Of a DNA stretch of 64,000 bases, positions 29,247 to 44,208 are shown in pieces. The first letter of the stretch is position 1, and the number at the start of each line of letters is the position of its first letter. The DNA is taken from positions 34,472,001-34,536,000 of the forward strand of contig OZ024751.1 of NCBI GenBank assembly GCA_964016885.1, read 5' to 3'. The notes beneath the pieces are model-generated. The model saw only the letters and a list, made by a program, of their open reading frames with translations, did no database searches and had not been told where the DNA came from. Source of the DNA: Eledone cirrhosa (lineage: Eukaryota). The translations under genes were made by a program, and so were the position numbers.

Positions 29247-31181
29247 TCTATATATATAAAATAGAGGATGTGTGTTTGTCTGTGTGTGTGTGTGGATGCT
29301 ACATCATTCGAGGTTGGCGTCTACACCGCTCGCTCGATCTCGCTCAAATTTGCATACATCACTCCTCATGACCCTTTACATTGCTAAGGCTACTTTGTTT
29401 TCTGATAGGTCCCCCCCCCCCCCCAGGGGCCCGCAATCCACCTTTTTGTCTATTTTGGGTGAAATCGGGAGATGAGGTTGCATTTTATGCACGCGCGAAA
29501 AATTTTTCCTTTTGAGTTTTTTTACCCGGTTTTTTGCTAATATGGGTAGAAAAGAGTCTAAATTTTGTTGACGCGCTCGAATCATTTCGAAATTCGGTCG
29601 AGAGTGAAGCTCGAGGTCGAATCTCCACTTCGTATATAGAGAGACAGGAATAACAGGTCTTATAGTAACATTACCTTCCCCTTCCCCCTTCTTTAGAGAG
29701 ATAGAGAGGAAGATAGAGAGAGAAGTTTTGGGTGTCACAGAAATATTACATTCCCCTCTCCACTTTGGTCAGTGAGCGAACCACTGTTGCTATAGTAACA
29801 TTACTTTCCCCCTCCCCTTCTTTATTGAGCGAGGAATATAGAGAGGGACGTTGTTGGTGCTACAGTAACATTACCTTCCCCTCTCCACTTACTTTGGTCT
29901 TTGAGACGGAGGGAACCACTGTTGCTATAGTTACAGCTTCACGTGACACAAACCAGTTCCTGCCAGTTCTGACCACCTGGCACCAGTTGAGTCAGTTTTT
30001 GCTTTCTTTCGGTCGAGAAGTGGACAAATTTTCGCCTTGAATCAAAAAAAAAAATTTCCTGGACGGCTGGAGGTGGCAGCTTTTATTCTGTTATGGCAAG
30101 ACTGCTATCAAAAAATTCTGCAGACTCTTATCGTTGATTTGAGTGGCCTGCAAAGCTTTGGTTTTCAAACGCTACACTTGCTACTTGGTTAGGCTACTGT
30201 GTAGACGTGTACTTCACTCTCACTGCATTACATTTTGTGACCTCGCTTTCGGACTTTGCCATTCCCAGTACGTTTTTTGTTTACTTTTTTCTTGCTTAAA
30301 ATTGTAACAATTTGTCACTTTTTTTTACCTTCCCCAAAATACTGCTTATCACCTTCGCTTTTTTGCCTTTGCTCTAAACCTGCTTCCCCTTTACTGTTTA
30401 CTGTACTATTGCAACCATGCCACTGAAAAGAAAGAGTACCCTTAGCCGTAGGAAAACATCGTCTGTTGTTTAAAAAAAGAGGCGATTGAATGAGCAGTCT
30501 ACGGATGCCGGACTGCATTTTTGGCCACAAACCCCTGTTACTTCGCTTTCAAACTTAAGTACCCCTAGCACAGCCCAACTCAGCGCCTCTCTATCTACGG
30601 TTCCCGCTTCGAATCGTGCCACTCGTAATTGTCGGAATGCAGTTGCAACAGCCGCCTCTAGGGCAGCAGAGAGTGACAGCCAAAGAGCTCTTCGTAGGGC
30701 TAGGAATGCTGCAACTACTGCTGCTGCAAGGGCCTCTGAAACTAAACAGCAAACAGCCACCAGACGGTCAAAGAACGCTGCTTCAACCGCCGCCTCCCGT
30801 GCTGCAGAAACCGACCAGGAGACAGCCATCCGAAGGTCCAAGGACTCCGCCTCCAAGGCAGCTGCCAGATCATCCCAGACCGAGATACAGACAGCCATCC
30901 GAAGGTCCAAGGACTCCGCTTCCACCGCAGCTGCCAGAGCATCCCAGACCGAGATACAGACAGCCATCCGAAGGTCCCAGAACGCTGTATCCACCGCCGC
31001 TTCCCGTGCCGCAGAACATCAAACAGCCCGCCGTGTTCGGTTGGTCACAATTCTATTATCATTACAACTTTGACATATTTTATGTAAAGTGAATATGAGA
31101 AAAAAAAATTCTTCATATTTATTGTTTCCTAATCTGAATAAAAACAGCAGTAACCCGAGCAACGCCGGGTCATTCAGCTAG
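29247..31181 (+). mobile_element. Non-autonomous Helitron (about 1.93 kb)
   Basis: 5' A|TCTATATATATAAAA; 3' GC hairpin acccgagcaacgccgggt followed by CTAG|T. Inserted between A and T with no target-site duplication. Confidence 0.9.
30417..31073 (+). pseudogene. N-terminal remnant of a Helitron RepHel-like ORF with 60-nt (20-aa) tandem repeats
   Basis: MPLKRKSTLSRRKTSSVV*KKRRLNEQ... in frame with the 30486 ORF (premature TAA at 30471). About 7 repeats of type TAAARASETxxQTAIRRSKDSAS. No Rep or helicase domain is retained. Confidence 0.7.
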
Positions 31182-33100
31182 TTATAAGATAAACTAAAGC
31201 AATATAGATACATATATACTACCTACACCTACATCTATATATACCACCTCACACCCACCCACCCCCATCTACCACCCCCACCTACCATCTCCCATACCCC
31301 ACCTACCACCCCCAGCTTCCATCTACCATCTATTACCTACCATCTACCCGTATTCCACCCGTATTCACAGAGAAGCACGATAATTTTTTTAAAATCTTCC
31401 GATATATATCTCCATATTATATTTGAGTTTGTGTATCTCTGTATGTATGTATGCGTGTGTGTATGTACACACACGCATACACATACATAGTGGTGAAGAG
31501 ACAGAGGGAGAGTAGGTGGAGAAAGAGGGGGGTGAGAGTTGGAGATAAAGACGGAGGAATCGAGAAACAGAGATGCAGGACGTACCAAAGATTAGTCAGG
31601 AGAGAGACAGGGGGAGATAGAGAGAGAGAGACAGGGTGAGATAGAGAGATAGAGACAGGGGTAGATAGAGAGAGAGAGAGACAGGGGGAGAGAGAGAGAG
31701 AGAGAGTGTATGGGGTTTGCTGGAAGGTTACAAGTTATTATAACATGTTATAAATTTTAATGATTTCTCTGCAATGAAAGGCTCCAGACATATCGACCGA
31801 GAGTCGCTCTTTTCACTTTTGCTTAACTAAATGCAGATGACTAAATTTTAATCTTTTTAATATGGAAAATAAAGGGAGAGAGCGAGAGTATAGTTAGGAT
31901 ATTGAGGTGAGGGTTGGTGTGAGGAGGGTGAGAGTGTGATAGAGAGAGAGAGGTTGAGAATGATAGAGAGTGAGGAAGCGAGATAAAGAGTTAGGTTGGG
32001 AATGATAGAGAAGGTGAAAGATATAGACAAAGGGTATGAGTGAGGAAATGAGATAGAGAAGTGGAGAGTGGGGGAGACATAGTGAGAGTGAGGTTCTGGT
32101 GTTGGGATATATAGAAGGGGGACATATAGCAAGAGTGTGAGTGAAATAAAGGGGAGGGAGCAGTAGCGAGAATATGGTTGTGGTATAGAAGTGTGAGTTG
32201 GGGTGAAGGGGGACACACAAAGAGGGTTTGAGTGAGACATGCAGCTAGAGAGAGGTTGAAAGACATAGTGAGTGTGAAATAAAAAGATTGAGAGAGAGAG
32301 AGAGTGATAGTGAAATAGAGAGACAAAGATAAATTGATAGGAACCATAATCAGGATATAATATCAGTGCAGGAATGTTGTAAATATTTTATATTATTATT
32401 ATCACACACACACACACGCGCACACACTCACACAAACGCATGTGTGTGTGAGTGTGTTTGTATAAAAAATAAATCAAAATAAAAACATCTCTCTATGTTC
32501 TGTAAAAGCTCCATGGAGGCAAGACTCGAGAAAATCAGTTTCAGAGTTCACCGATCCAATTTTATTAGAGAACCCAATATAATTATATAATATAGTACAT
32601 ATGACAGGTATGAAATCAATCAGAATATAAAATATATTACTTACGTTACTTATTATACCTTAACTAATCATATGCAGCTGTTTCAAACATTAAAGAAATA
32701 AAATCCACGAAATTCCATGATTGAAATAAACAAGATAGAACTAATAGTTTTCAAGACAGAGATTCTCTTCGGTAGGAGTTTTCTCAATAATACACCCTTT
32801 CATGTTTGGATTGTTTTATTCTCAGTTTAAAGTATCATAACTTTGGGGACATTGTACCTATATTTGAATGATGCGATATGTGTTTATATCTCGTTTTAAA
32901 CGTGTTTTATGGTAATCCGATATATGTGTACAGTACTGAGCATACATCTGCATAACACATTCTACGACCAGATATGTTAAGGAGTAGTTTATTATATTTC
33001 TAGCTTTATAGTGAGAAGGAAATGATTGTAATGTGGTATTTTGATTGTGGATCGCAATTTGTGGGCCTATGTAGCTATGGAGTGTGTGTGTGTGTCTGTG

Positions 33101-33151
<51 letters not shown>

Positions 33152-33194
33152 GTATATATGTGTGTATATATGTCTGTGTATATATATATATATA

Positions 33195-33478
33195 TATGTT
33201 GATTTAAAACTGCACTATCAACAAGTGTTTTTTAGCCTTCATATCATGTTCTCCTGTTTTATCTGATGAAAACACAAATATTATTGCTTGATGATGTATA
33301 TATATATATATGTTGATTTAAAACTGCACTATCAACAAGTGTTTTTTAGCCTTCATATCATGTTCTCCTGTTTTATCTGATGAAAACACAAATATTATTG
33401 CTTGATGATGTTTGTTTTTGAAATGCGCATAATAAAATATATGGAACTCCTTTAACCATCTTTTGATCTTATATTATA
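33195..33478 (+). mobile_element. Solo terminal fragment of the same PLE as a partial tandem (about 100-bp partial copy, (TA)n, about 170-bp copy)
   Basis: Near-identical to the reverse complement of 57290-57457. The first unit (33195-33297) breaks inside hammerhead stem II. Confidence 0.85.
33371..33437 (+). ncRNA. Type I hammerhead ribozyme (same family as 57327-57393)
   Basis: ttttat CTGATGA ... GAAAT gcgc ATA ataaaa. Confidence 0.85.
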
Positions 33479-33795
33479 TATATATATATATACATGACTA
33501 TCAAGCTGTAGACGAAGGGAAGATTGTGCTAATTATATTGACCAACTATTAGTATGGTCATTTCTGTTGAGACACATACTATAGATATATATGTGTGTGT
33601 GTCTGTATAAGTGTGTGTGTGTGTGTCTGTGCGTGTCTAAGGATTCCCAACCAGGATGCAAGTATTAGTAGTATCGATACACTCAAGTATGAAACACACA
33701 AATAAAATTGCTTCTCTTTAAATGTATAACTTTTGTTCTTTGAAGTACTCCAACCTAATATAGCAAATGTATATTTACACACATACAAACCCACA

Positions 33796-33833
<38 letters not shown>

Positions 33834-33959
33834 TCTGTGACTTTATGTTGTTTAAACATTCTCCTAATTGTCGACGAATCATGTATAAATATACATGATA
33901 GAGGTATATAAATATATATGCTTACACTTACAAAACTCGCACACTAATATATATATACA

Positions 33960-34022
<63 letters not shown>

Positions 34023-35245
34023 GCATACATATATGTCCATACATACATCTCTGGAACCTACTAACATTACATGGTGTTTGTGCTCAAGCGGCATTAAGAA
34101 CCTGGCTCGGCTTTTAATCAGTCTCCTTTTGAAGCAGCTTTAATAAATGTTCAACAGTAAAGTTTGCATTACGTCCATATTCTTTGAAGATTTCCCAGAA
34201 GGCAACATTTTAGCTCTCCACCATTGCAACATCCAATTTCTAACAATAGTAACAAGACATAAAGCGTTCTACTTGAAGAGTTTTAAATATCTGTATGGTT
34301 TCACTTAGATTATATATATATATGTACATATGTTACGTTATGTTATTTTATGTATAAATGTATGTATGTACGTATGTATGTGCGTACGTATGTATGTGCG
34401 TATGTACGTATGTATATATATGAGTGTGTGTATATGAATATATGCGTTTCTATTTATGTATTGTATTTGTTCTTATATGTCCTTGCATTGTTATCAGTGG
34501 GAAGGTTGTGGAGTTGTTAGGCAGTTCTCATGATACAGACAGGATCATAATATACGAAGAAGTCAGGTTAAAATTGAAAACTTTCCTAGAATCTAATAAG
34601 AAAGGTCTTTGTCCGTGTACAGTAGCAACATATGAAATAAAGAGAATAAGGAAGAAGATAGCTGATTACACCTGGTGGTATGACAACATTAAACACCTGA
34701 AGGGGGTGTTCGTTGAAGCTACCACTAGAAGCGAATGTGTTTATAGATCCTAAAAGGCCTTAAAGAAACTAAAACTAATAAATATTAAAGTAGAAAAATC
34801 AGGAACCCCAATAATATCCCTGATCAGCAAAATTCAATCATTTTTCATAACCCGCTTTTACTTGTAGAAATGTTATATTATGAGAGGTACGCACACAAAT
34901 AAACTGTAAAGCTAGAAATATAGTTTATATCAAATGGTGCACAGAGGGTCAGTTTAAAAGTAAGGACCACGACATACATAGAAGATAAAAGAGCACCAAA
35001 CAACCCTCAATAAAAAGCATGAGAAAGACGCATAAAACGTGAGGAAAGAGCTTTGACAGACAATCATTCTGTTACTAAACTAAGTGAGGAGTGGGTTAGT
35101 CACCTAAATAATAAGAAACTTGAAATGAAACGCACAGGTGCGTGTGTTTTTATTGTTAATATGACCCTCCCAAAATATAACAATATTTGTTTTAACAAAG
35201 CATTTCACACTAAGAATCTTGGAAAACGAATACAACAACAAAGTA

Positions 35246-35280
<35 letters not shown>

Positions 35281-35588
35281 ATCTCTCTCCATATATATAT
35301 ATATATATATATGTTTTGTCAATGTACGATTTCTCCACTATGTTGTTTACTAATGTTCAAAATAGCAGCTCTTGACATTGTGAACATCTGTCAAGTGAAA
35401 TTATTAAGATTAGATTCTAAGTTTGGCATTTCTCTACCAAATCTTCCTCCGTTTTCATGTTTTTTTAACACTTTTTTCTTATTTTCCTTGTTATTGTTGA
35501 CATATTTTCCTATGTACTTTTTGTTTTACTATTTTCTGGTGTATTTGCTTATATCTCTCTCTCTCTCCCTTCCTCTCTCTCTCTCACT

Positions 35589-35642
<54 letters not shown>

Positions 35643-36780
35643 GTATTTGAGTTTTGTTCACTAAAAGGTTATTCGTTTTGACATTACTAAAGGGGTAAAG
35701 GAAAAAAGTCCATTTGTCACTACTGTAACAACATCAACAAGAACAATATAACTAACAACAACAACAACCTCAAAAACAACACACAGTGGTAGCTAGTGTT
35801 TAGCCGCCCTATTACACCACACCCTTCAAACATTCGAAACGATAAAAATAATTTTAACTTTAAATAAAATAAAAAATAAGATAAATCAAAAGTTACAAAA
35901 TGGTGTCCTTTAAACTTAGTTTCAGAAAACGACCCCTTAATAGTAATAATAATAATATAATGAAATAAATAAATAAAGTAATAAAGAACTAGACAATGAA
36001 ATGAGGTTGCATTGATGGCTACTGAATAAGAGGAGACCGACATATGAGTAGGAAGGTTGTCTGATTAGAGCTTCACATTTGAGAGAATATCTTTGAGATG
36101 CATTGCGAAATATCACTGACCTAAATTCTTTAAAACGAAAACTAAAAAGTATAACATTATCGTAAAGATCGCCATAACCCCTGTCATCGCCACTACCACC
36201 ACTAACACCACCACCACTCCCACTAACACCCACCACCACTACCACTAACACCCACCACCACCACTACTACCACCACTAACACCCACCACCACTACCACTA
36301 ACACCCACCACCACCACTAACACCCACCACCACCACTAACACCCACCACCACTACTACCACCACTACCACCACCACCACTACCACTAACACCCACCGCCA
36401 CTACCACTAACACCCTCCACCACTACTACTACCACCACTAACACCACCACCACTACTACCACCACCACCACCAACAACAACAACACCATTACCAACACTA
36501 CCACCACCACCAACATCACTACCAACACCACCAATACCACCACTACCACCATCGCCAACACCATCACCACTACCACCATCGCCAACACCACCTCCACTAT
36601 CACCACCACCACCACCACCAACGCTACTAACGCCATCTGTACCAAGAACACTGATTCCAACAGCAATAACGCCATCTCCACCGCCTACAACAGCAACATC
36701 AAAAACATTGAAAAGACAAATACACACCACGATAACTACGACCATCATTAACTCCACTACCACTACTACTACCATCACCA

Positions 36781-36875
<95 letters not shown>

Positions 36876-39060
36876 TTCCCTTCTCTCTCTCTCCATTGTC
36901 TTCCTTAATGTCCTCAGGTCTTGTTCTGTTAATTTAAGGTGGCTAAAAGAAAAAGAAAAAATAATAAGATAAAAAGACAATGTCGGCTGCTATTCTATAG
37001 CTTGGATTAAAATAATCTTAATATGTGAGTCAGTGTAATATTATGGAAGGGTAGCCGTAAGTGTAGGTAATTTACTAGCAGTAAATATAGCCAGCCAGCA
37101 GATAATTGCCGCCATCAAATACTGCGTACTCTTTCAAGTAACATAGATTCAACTCTCCACTATTGTTTAACCAACGATGTTTCATATATCTTATCAAAAT
37201 CTCTGTCTCATTTTCATTGTTAACATTTTACTGTACGTCTCTTTACAATACTTATTTCACACACTGGTTTATATTACTGTTTTAAAATGATGGTTTTTCA
37301 CAATGACTAACTACTCTCAGATATTAAAACTCTTCCTAACTCAACTCTACTCCATTATTCAACCAATCGTAATGTTATCTATCATTTTAAAGTCTCCGTC
37401 TTATATTCAATGTTAACACCTTCATGTGTGTTCACTCCAATAAATATTACACATACTGACACACAACACAACCCTCAACATTGTTGACAACGACATCAAC
37501 ACTAACAACATCACCAAAACTGACACGATTTCTACCAACAGCACCAATCCTAATAACTTTATATCCCCTCTTCCTACCACCAACAGAGAAAACCACGAAA
37601 AAACAATGTCTAATCCTTCCTCCTTCTCACCAACTTATATTTGAAAGAAGATTGAAAGAAAAAGGTCAAATAACTATTTCCATTTCATTTTGTTTTTAGC
37701 TGTTTTTGTTTTAATCCATTCTTAGATATTAGTAAAACGAGGAACATAATCTTTAAATAACTTTCATTAATGGTCAACATTGGAATCAAACTATCTTGAA
37801 TGAAGGTAATGTAGAAGGATGATATATACAGCGGTAGAAAACACAATTAGTGTGTGAAACACTTGTTTCCCTCCTTTCTATAGAACCCAGCTAACTGAAT
37901 GTGACTTCCATTACAAGATGGAGACTATTAAAGAGACACAACTTGGCTTCATTCTTATACTTATGGACAATACTGAAAGAGGGCGTGTGTACCATTAACA
38001 AAATCAAAGATGATTTGTCGTCATTAGGATTCATTTGAATTTTAGGTTAACAACACCAAACTACTTCCTACACGTAAAGGTGTCCGGCTTAGTGCTTAAG
38101 GATTTCCACTCAAGAATGTGAGTGTTATTATGGTGGGGGTGTAGTATTGTTGACAAGACACTTGGTTTCACGTTACACCGGTCGTTTCAGCTGATGTTGT
38201 AACTGTAATTCAAAGAGACTGACTTATTTCACATCGTGTCACTGCACCTCCTTGGAAACTAAGGTTTGTCGAATGATCAGCATATTTCACCTGAATTTCA
38301 TGTGCAGTCAGTTCCATTGTTCAAAGAACTGGAGCACTCGTCGTCGGAAACGACGGAGATCCCACAATAGCTATAACATACTAGACATTTTAATAAAACT
38401 GATCAAGTGACTGAACCAGCCCCTGTGGTGGATGGACCTGCAAGAAATAGAAAGGAAACTTCCCTCAATTTCAACGCCGCTGGGTTAGAAATACTGAGAA
38501 CTCTGAAAATGTAGTCATAAGATATATATATACAATAGCCGAGAGTAGTATGGGATGGTCGTGGGTGGATCAGTTGTATCTCTAGATCTGTTAGTATTGA
38601 CAGATATGGTGTGGCGACACAAATCAATAAAAACAACAACAAAACTAAACAAACACTTCAGAGAATTCTATCAAGAATTAACCGTAACGATTCTACAAAC
38701 AGAAAAAAAACATGTAGACATACACATACACACACATACAAACACATATATGTTTACCCCATTTATGAATATATATATATGCATATATATATATATATAT
38801 ATGCATATATATATATTTAGGTGTGTGTTTTTTTTGTGTTATATATAAATTATACTTTTACTATATTAACCCTTTCCACATGACAGACCACAGATCATAG
38901 ACTTTAGCTGCTGATTGATAAAAACAACAGCTACCACCACCCTCGCCCTTCACATTCAACACTTCCACCCGATACTACATCCACCCCAAAACACTATCAA
39001 CTTTACAAATTTAACATTTTATTCTACTAGCATGACCACCAACCGCACTGAGTCAACCGA

Positions 39061-39223
39061 CTAGACTACTACTACTACTACTACTACTACCACTACCACT
39101 ACTAATACTACTGCTGCTGCTGCTGCTACTACTACTACTACTACTACCACCACTACTACCACTACTACTACTACTGCTGCTGCTACTACTACTACCACTA
39201 CTACTACTACCACCACTACTACT

Positions 39224-39297
<74 letters not shown>

Positions 39298-39311
39298 CAC
39301 TACTACTAATG

Positions 39312-39342
<31 letters not shown>

Positions 39343-39361
39343 CACCACTACTACTACCACC

Positions 39362-39438
<77 letters not shown>

Positions 39439-39460
39439 CACTACTACTACCACCACCACT
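39061..39460. repeat. (ACT/ACC)n trinucleotide tract; similar tracts at 20985-21340, 21968-22078, 36190-36780, 51308-51575 and 61790-62200
   Basis: Directly visible; source of the poly-V/T/S/G ORFs. Confidence 0.95.
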
Positions 39461-39683
39461 TATTAGCCATAACTGTCTATAAATCATGGTGGGGCAAATG
39501 TAATATCGTTGTAAAGCTGTGAAAGTGGACAGCTGTTGGCACGGTCTCCACTTACCAATGCTGCTTAAATATAGTCTTTTGAGGAGACTTTATGGCGTCA
39601 ATGAATGTGCACCAGATTTTCTACTGCACGGCAGAAGTATAAATATATGTGTATATATATATGTGTGTGTGTATATATATATA

Positions 39684-39714
<31 letters not shown>

Positions 39715-39802
39715 GTGTGTGTGTATATATATATATGTGTGTGTATATATATATATATACGTGTGTGTGTATATATATATGTGTGTGTATAGATCTATGT
39801 GT

Positions 39803-39833
<31 letters not shown>

Positions 39834-39846
39834 GATATGTGTGTGA

Positions 39847-39926
<80 letters not shown>

Positions 39927-40140
39927 GTTTAACATATCAGTAGCTTTACAAATTCATTATAAAATTGTTTACATTTTACACGATATTTCATTTCCATGTA
40001 GTCTTTGTAGTGTCAGTAGTAAACTTTGAAGTTGTTTTTTCTCTTTTTATATTTAACTTTATTTCGATCGCGAATTGTTATTTTTATTTTTATTTTCTTC
40101 TTTGATTTCTTCTACTTTTACTATCTTTTACTATCACTGT

Positions 40141-40199
<59 letters not shown>

Positions 40200-40316
40200 T
40201 GTGTGTTGGTAAACACATATCTGTGTTGAGGGGGATGCCTTTGTAACTCAGTTTCCGAATGCAGGTTTCGACGTCTCATCAGACGTTGAAGTAACTCTGT
40301 AGATAGATACATAGAT

Positions 40317-40453
<137 letters not shown>

Positions 40454-41055
40454 ATCATTGAAATGTGAAACCTTTATAGAGTGAAGATAGATTTTGCGAA
40501 CTAGAAGGATTATAATTTGTTGTTTATTTAAACTTAAGTATGTTTCTCCAGTTTCTTGTACGACGCCACACCTGGTCATATTTGACTCAGAATCGTTGTC
40601 TAAAGTTTAGTGAAATAGTTGAACGGTCTGGAAAGTATGAGGTGATATTACAATATGATTAGACACAGCCTTGAGACAATATGATTCAGCAACTATATTA
40701 ATATTATATCTTCACACAAGAGCAATGTGAGAGATGTACAGGGCAAAGATTACTCAATAGATTGAGAAGCGTTTAGTTACTCTCCCGAGACTGGTGATTC
40801 ACTTCATAGTTAATCATTATATTACTTCAGCCTTGACATCTGCTCAAACTACACACACATCATATATATATATATATACACACAGATATCCACGGTAAGT
40901 TGTGGGGTTAGTCTGCATGAAGAACTCAATGTAATCTAAATGTTGTAGGTTAAAATAAATCCCGGAAAACAATAAAACATTGAAAGGAAAATAGAGTCAT
41001 GATATAAGTTAAAACAATGAAATACAATTTTTTTTTTTTTATTTCATTGTTTTAA

Positions 41056-41106
<51 letters not shown>

Positions 41107-41646
41107 TTTCATACATACATACACATACATGAATACATACATAAATACATACATATATATATATACATACATCTGATATACACAGAGACAAATATACATA
41201 CATACATGCACACACAGACATACATAAATACTTACGAATGAATGGTATATACAGAGACAAACATACATACACGTACATACACATTCAGAAATATATCTTA
41301 CAGGCAAACATACATACATAACACAAACTTTTTTACCTCCACCACCACAACAACAACCTCCACCGCCACTACAACCTCCACAACAGCCACCACCGCCACC
41401 ACAGCCACCACCTCCACCACCAACATCCTTAGGTAATTAGATAAGATTTTGTCTTCAGAATTCTAGCATGGGGAGGCCAAAGCTAAATCAAATTCTATCT
41501 CTTGTTCACCTAATCGAACTGACAAGTTATTCTCTTCTAAGTGACATCTAACTTACTGATCGATCACAGTTAATGTTCGATAATTTATTGTCAGACTTGC
41601 CAATATCTCTTGCGCTGCGTCTCAGTTCATGTATTGTCCTCGGGTG

Positions 41647-41677
<31 letters not shown>

Positions 41678-41694
41678 ATATGTGTGTATATATA

Positions 41695-42503
41695 AAGCAA
41701 CGACTCCGTTGGAGTGGTCACCTTGCCAGGATGAAGGATTCTAGAATACCAAAACAACTCTTTTATGGAGAGTTAGTTAAAGGAAAACGACCGTCACATA
41801 AACCAAAAAAGAGGTATAAGGATTCCTTGAAAGCCTCTCTGAAAGACGCTAACATCTCTGGTGATACATGGGAAAATATTGCTGCTGATCGTAATAAATG
41901 GAGAAAGACTGTATATGAAGGAAAAGTTGTCTTTGAGGTATCTCGAATCGCATACGAGAAAGTAAAGCGGGATGTGAGGAAGGGCATTTCCAGATGGCGA
42001 GGGTCCTCCTATGGTACTGACATGCAGCGTCTGTGCCAGACTCTGCCTAAGCAAAGCTGGACTCGAAAGTCATCTTCGCAGTCATAAAGTAAGACCAGTG
42101 GTTGACTACCAGGCTGCTGTTGGAGATGCTACTCATCATGCTTGCCAAGGATGTGGTAGAGAATGTAAATCAGCAGGAGGGCTCAAACGACATGCAAAAG
42201 TACATGAACTCCAACCACAGCCGGCTATTCCCAGTGAATGTTTTGGTTGCCGACTCTGTGCAAGACATTTTAGATCATTGGCTACGCTAAAAAGCCACAT
42301 TCGATCGCAGAGCTGTTAATTGCTATCGTGTGTGTGTGTGTGTGTATCGATATGTTTATGTGTGTGCGTGTGTGTGTATATATTTATATATGTATATTAT
42401 TATTGTTGTTGTTGTCGTTATTATTATTGTTGTTATTATTATTACTATTGTTATTAATATTTTTTTTCTCGTGCACTCGGTAACGAGGGGGCAGCCATCA
42501 TAT
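41695..42503 (+). mobile_element. 3' end of an RTE-clade LINE with C-terminal C2H2 zinc fingers
   Basis: RLRWSGHLARMKDSRIPKQLFYGEL..GKR...KPKKRYKDSLK...WENIAADRNKWR, then three CxxC...H motifs. An 11-bp deletion near 41987 shifts the frame. The 3' UTR ends ggcagccatcatat. Confidence 0.9.
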
Positions 42504-42524
42504 GTGTATATATGTGTGTATATA

Positions 42525-42579
<55 letters not shown>

Positions 42580-42753
42580 ATAGAATATTATAATCTAGTT
42601 AGACTATTAATTAACAGAGTACTCAATACTTGGGATAGTAGATTATATTAGAAAGTCCGGGGACCGAGGGTTGAGCTCTTGCCGTTTCAACAGCTAGTAT
42701 GTGCGTGTATATATGTATGTGTGTTTCTATTTATATAAGTGTATGTATGTAAG

Positions 42754-42799
<46 letters not shown>

Positions 42800-44141
42800 C
42801 TTACATTGTCTTTTATAAATGAATAATTGGGAAGTTTCCATTCTTCTAACAATGTTGATTGGTAATGTTTGTGGGAAACATCCAATTAAATACACACACG
42901 AATAGATATATATATAGATATATATAGATATATATAGATATATATCCAACCATATAGACATACAAATGCATCCACATTCTATCTCTCCCTCTTCTAACTC
43001 AAGCAGATGCACAAGTACACAGATTTCAGTATAACCAAATGTTATAGTGATGGTGTTCAATGGCAGTTTAGTGTTTCCTGTTTCAGTCCCACGGCAGCAG
43101 CTGACGATTATATCTACGTCCTTACTTTCTCGGTGGGGTGACCATAGTTCAAGAAAGTACTCAATTCGTTGGTAGAGTATCAGCATCTCTATCATATTTC
43201 CATAGACACCCAAAACTTAATTTCGGATTCAAGTTGATCATTCTTTCTTTTTCTCTCACTTCGCGCACACACACACACACACACATACATTCTCGCTTTC
43301 TCTCTAAAATACAGTCCATATGAGACACTACGCGAGATTATGAGTCACACAATCCGCTTAGAATAGTAGCTACATATCCCTCAAATAATACCATTTGTCC
43401 ATTCTTCCCATGAAGCAATTCTGACGATACAAAATATGGTTGATAGTCATTTTTCCATGTTTAATAAAAAATAAGATGGCGAAACTATTTTAACCGAAAT
43501 ACAAAAGAATTAAAAATAATAAAAGATTCCTATAATTAAACAGAATTTTGTTATTGAAACACGTAAATTATTTTGAGTTTAATTCTTTTTATTTTTACTT
43601 TAGCGGTGATTTCTGAGAAATATCCGATTAAATAGAAAACAATAAAATATGAATAGTTTTCATTAATCTCCCTAAAATACAATAATCCACATTATAAAAG
43701 GACTATAATATAATAATCTACTATTAATATTTCATCAATATTTTAATCCAGAAACAATGTATCTGTGAAATTTAGTCCTTTGAAAAACATTTCAGTTGAT
43801 CGTTCGCCTATTTAATACTCAAATATATTGCCTAAAATTCCCTCTCATATTTTTTTCATGTTTATATATATATATATTTATTGCGAGAACATGATGAATA
43901 TGATGGCTGTTATTATTATTGGTATTATTTTGTTGTTGTTGTTTTAGTTTCTGTTATATTTTTTTTTAAGCACTTTCCTAATTATTAAGATTTGATCGTC
44001 GATAAATCCTCTAGATCGTATGTTGATGTTATTTATCTCTTTAATTTAAATAGTCGAACTTCTCATTGTACTTATGTATTGAGTACTTTATTTACTCTGG
44101 TTGCCCCCGATTTCACTCCGAACTATGTCTATCTATCTATC

Positions 44142-44142
<1 letters not shown>

Positions 44143-44208
<66 letters not shown>

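Noticed and set aside
30470-31092. Antisense and alternative-frame ORFs (174 aa, 158 aa) as genes
   Set aside because: They are shadows of the GC-rich 60-nt repeats inside the Helitron.
40255-40290. CTGATGA-gacgtc-GAAAC on the minus strand
   Set aside because: No convincing stem I, stem III or NUH pairing; at best a decayed relic.
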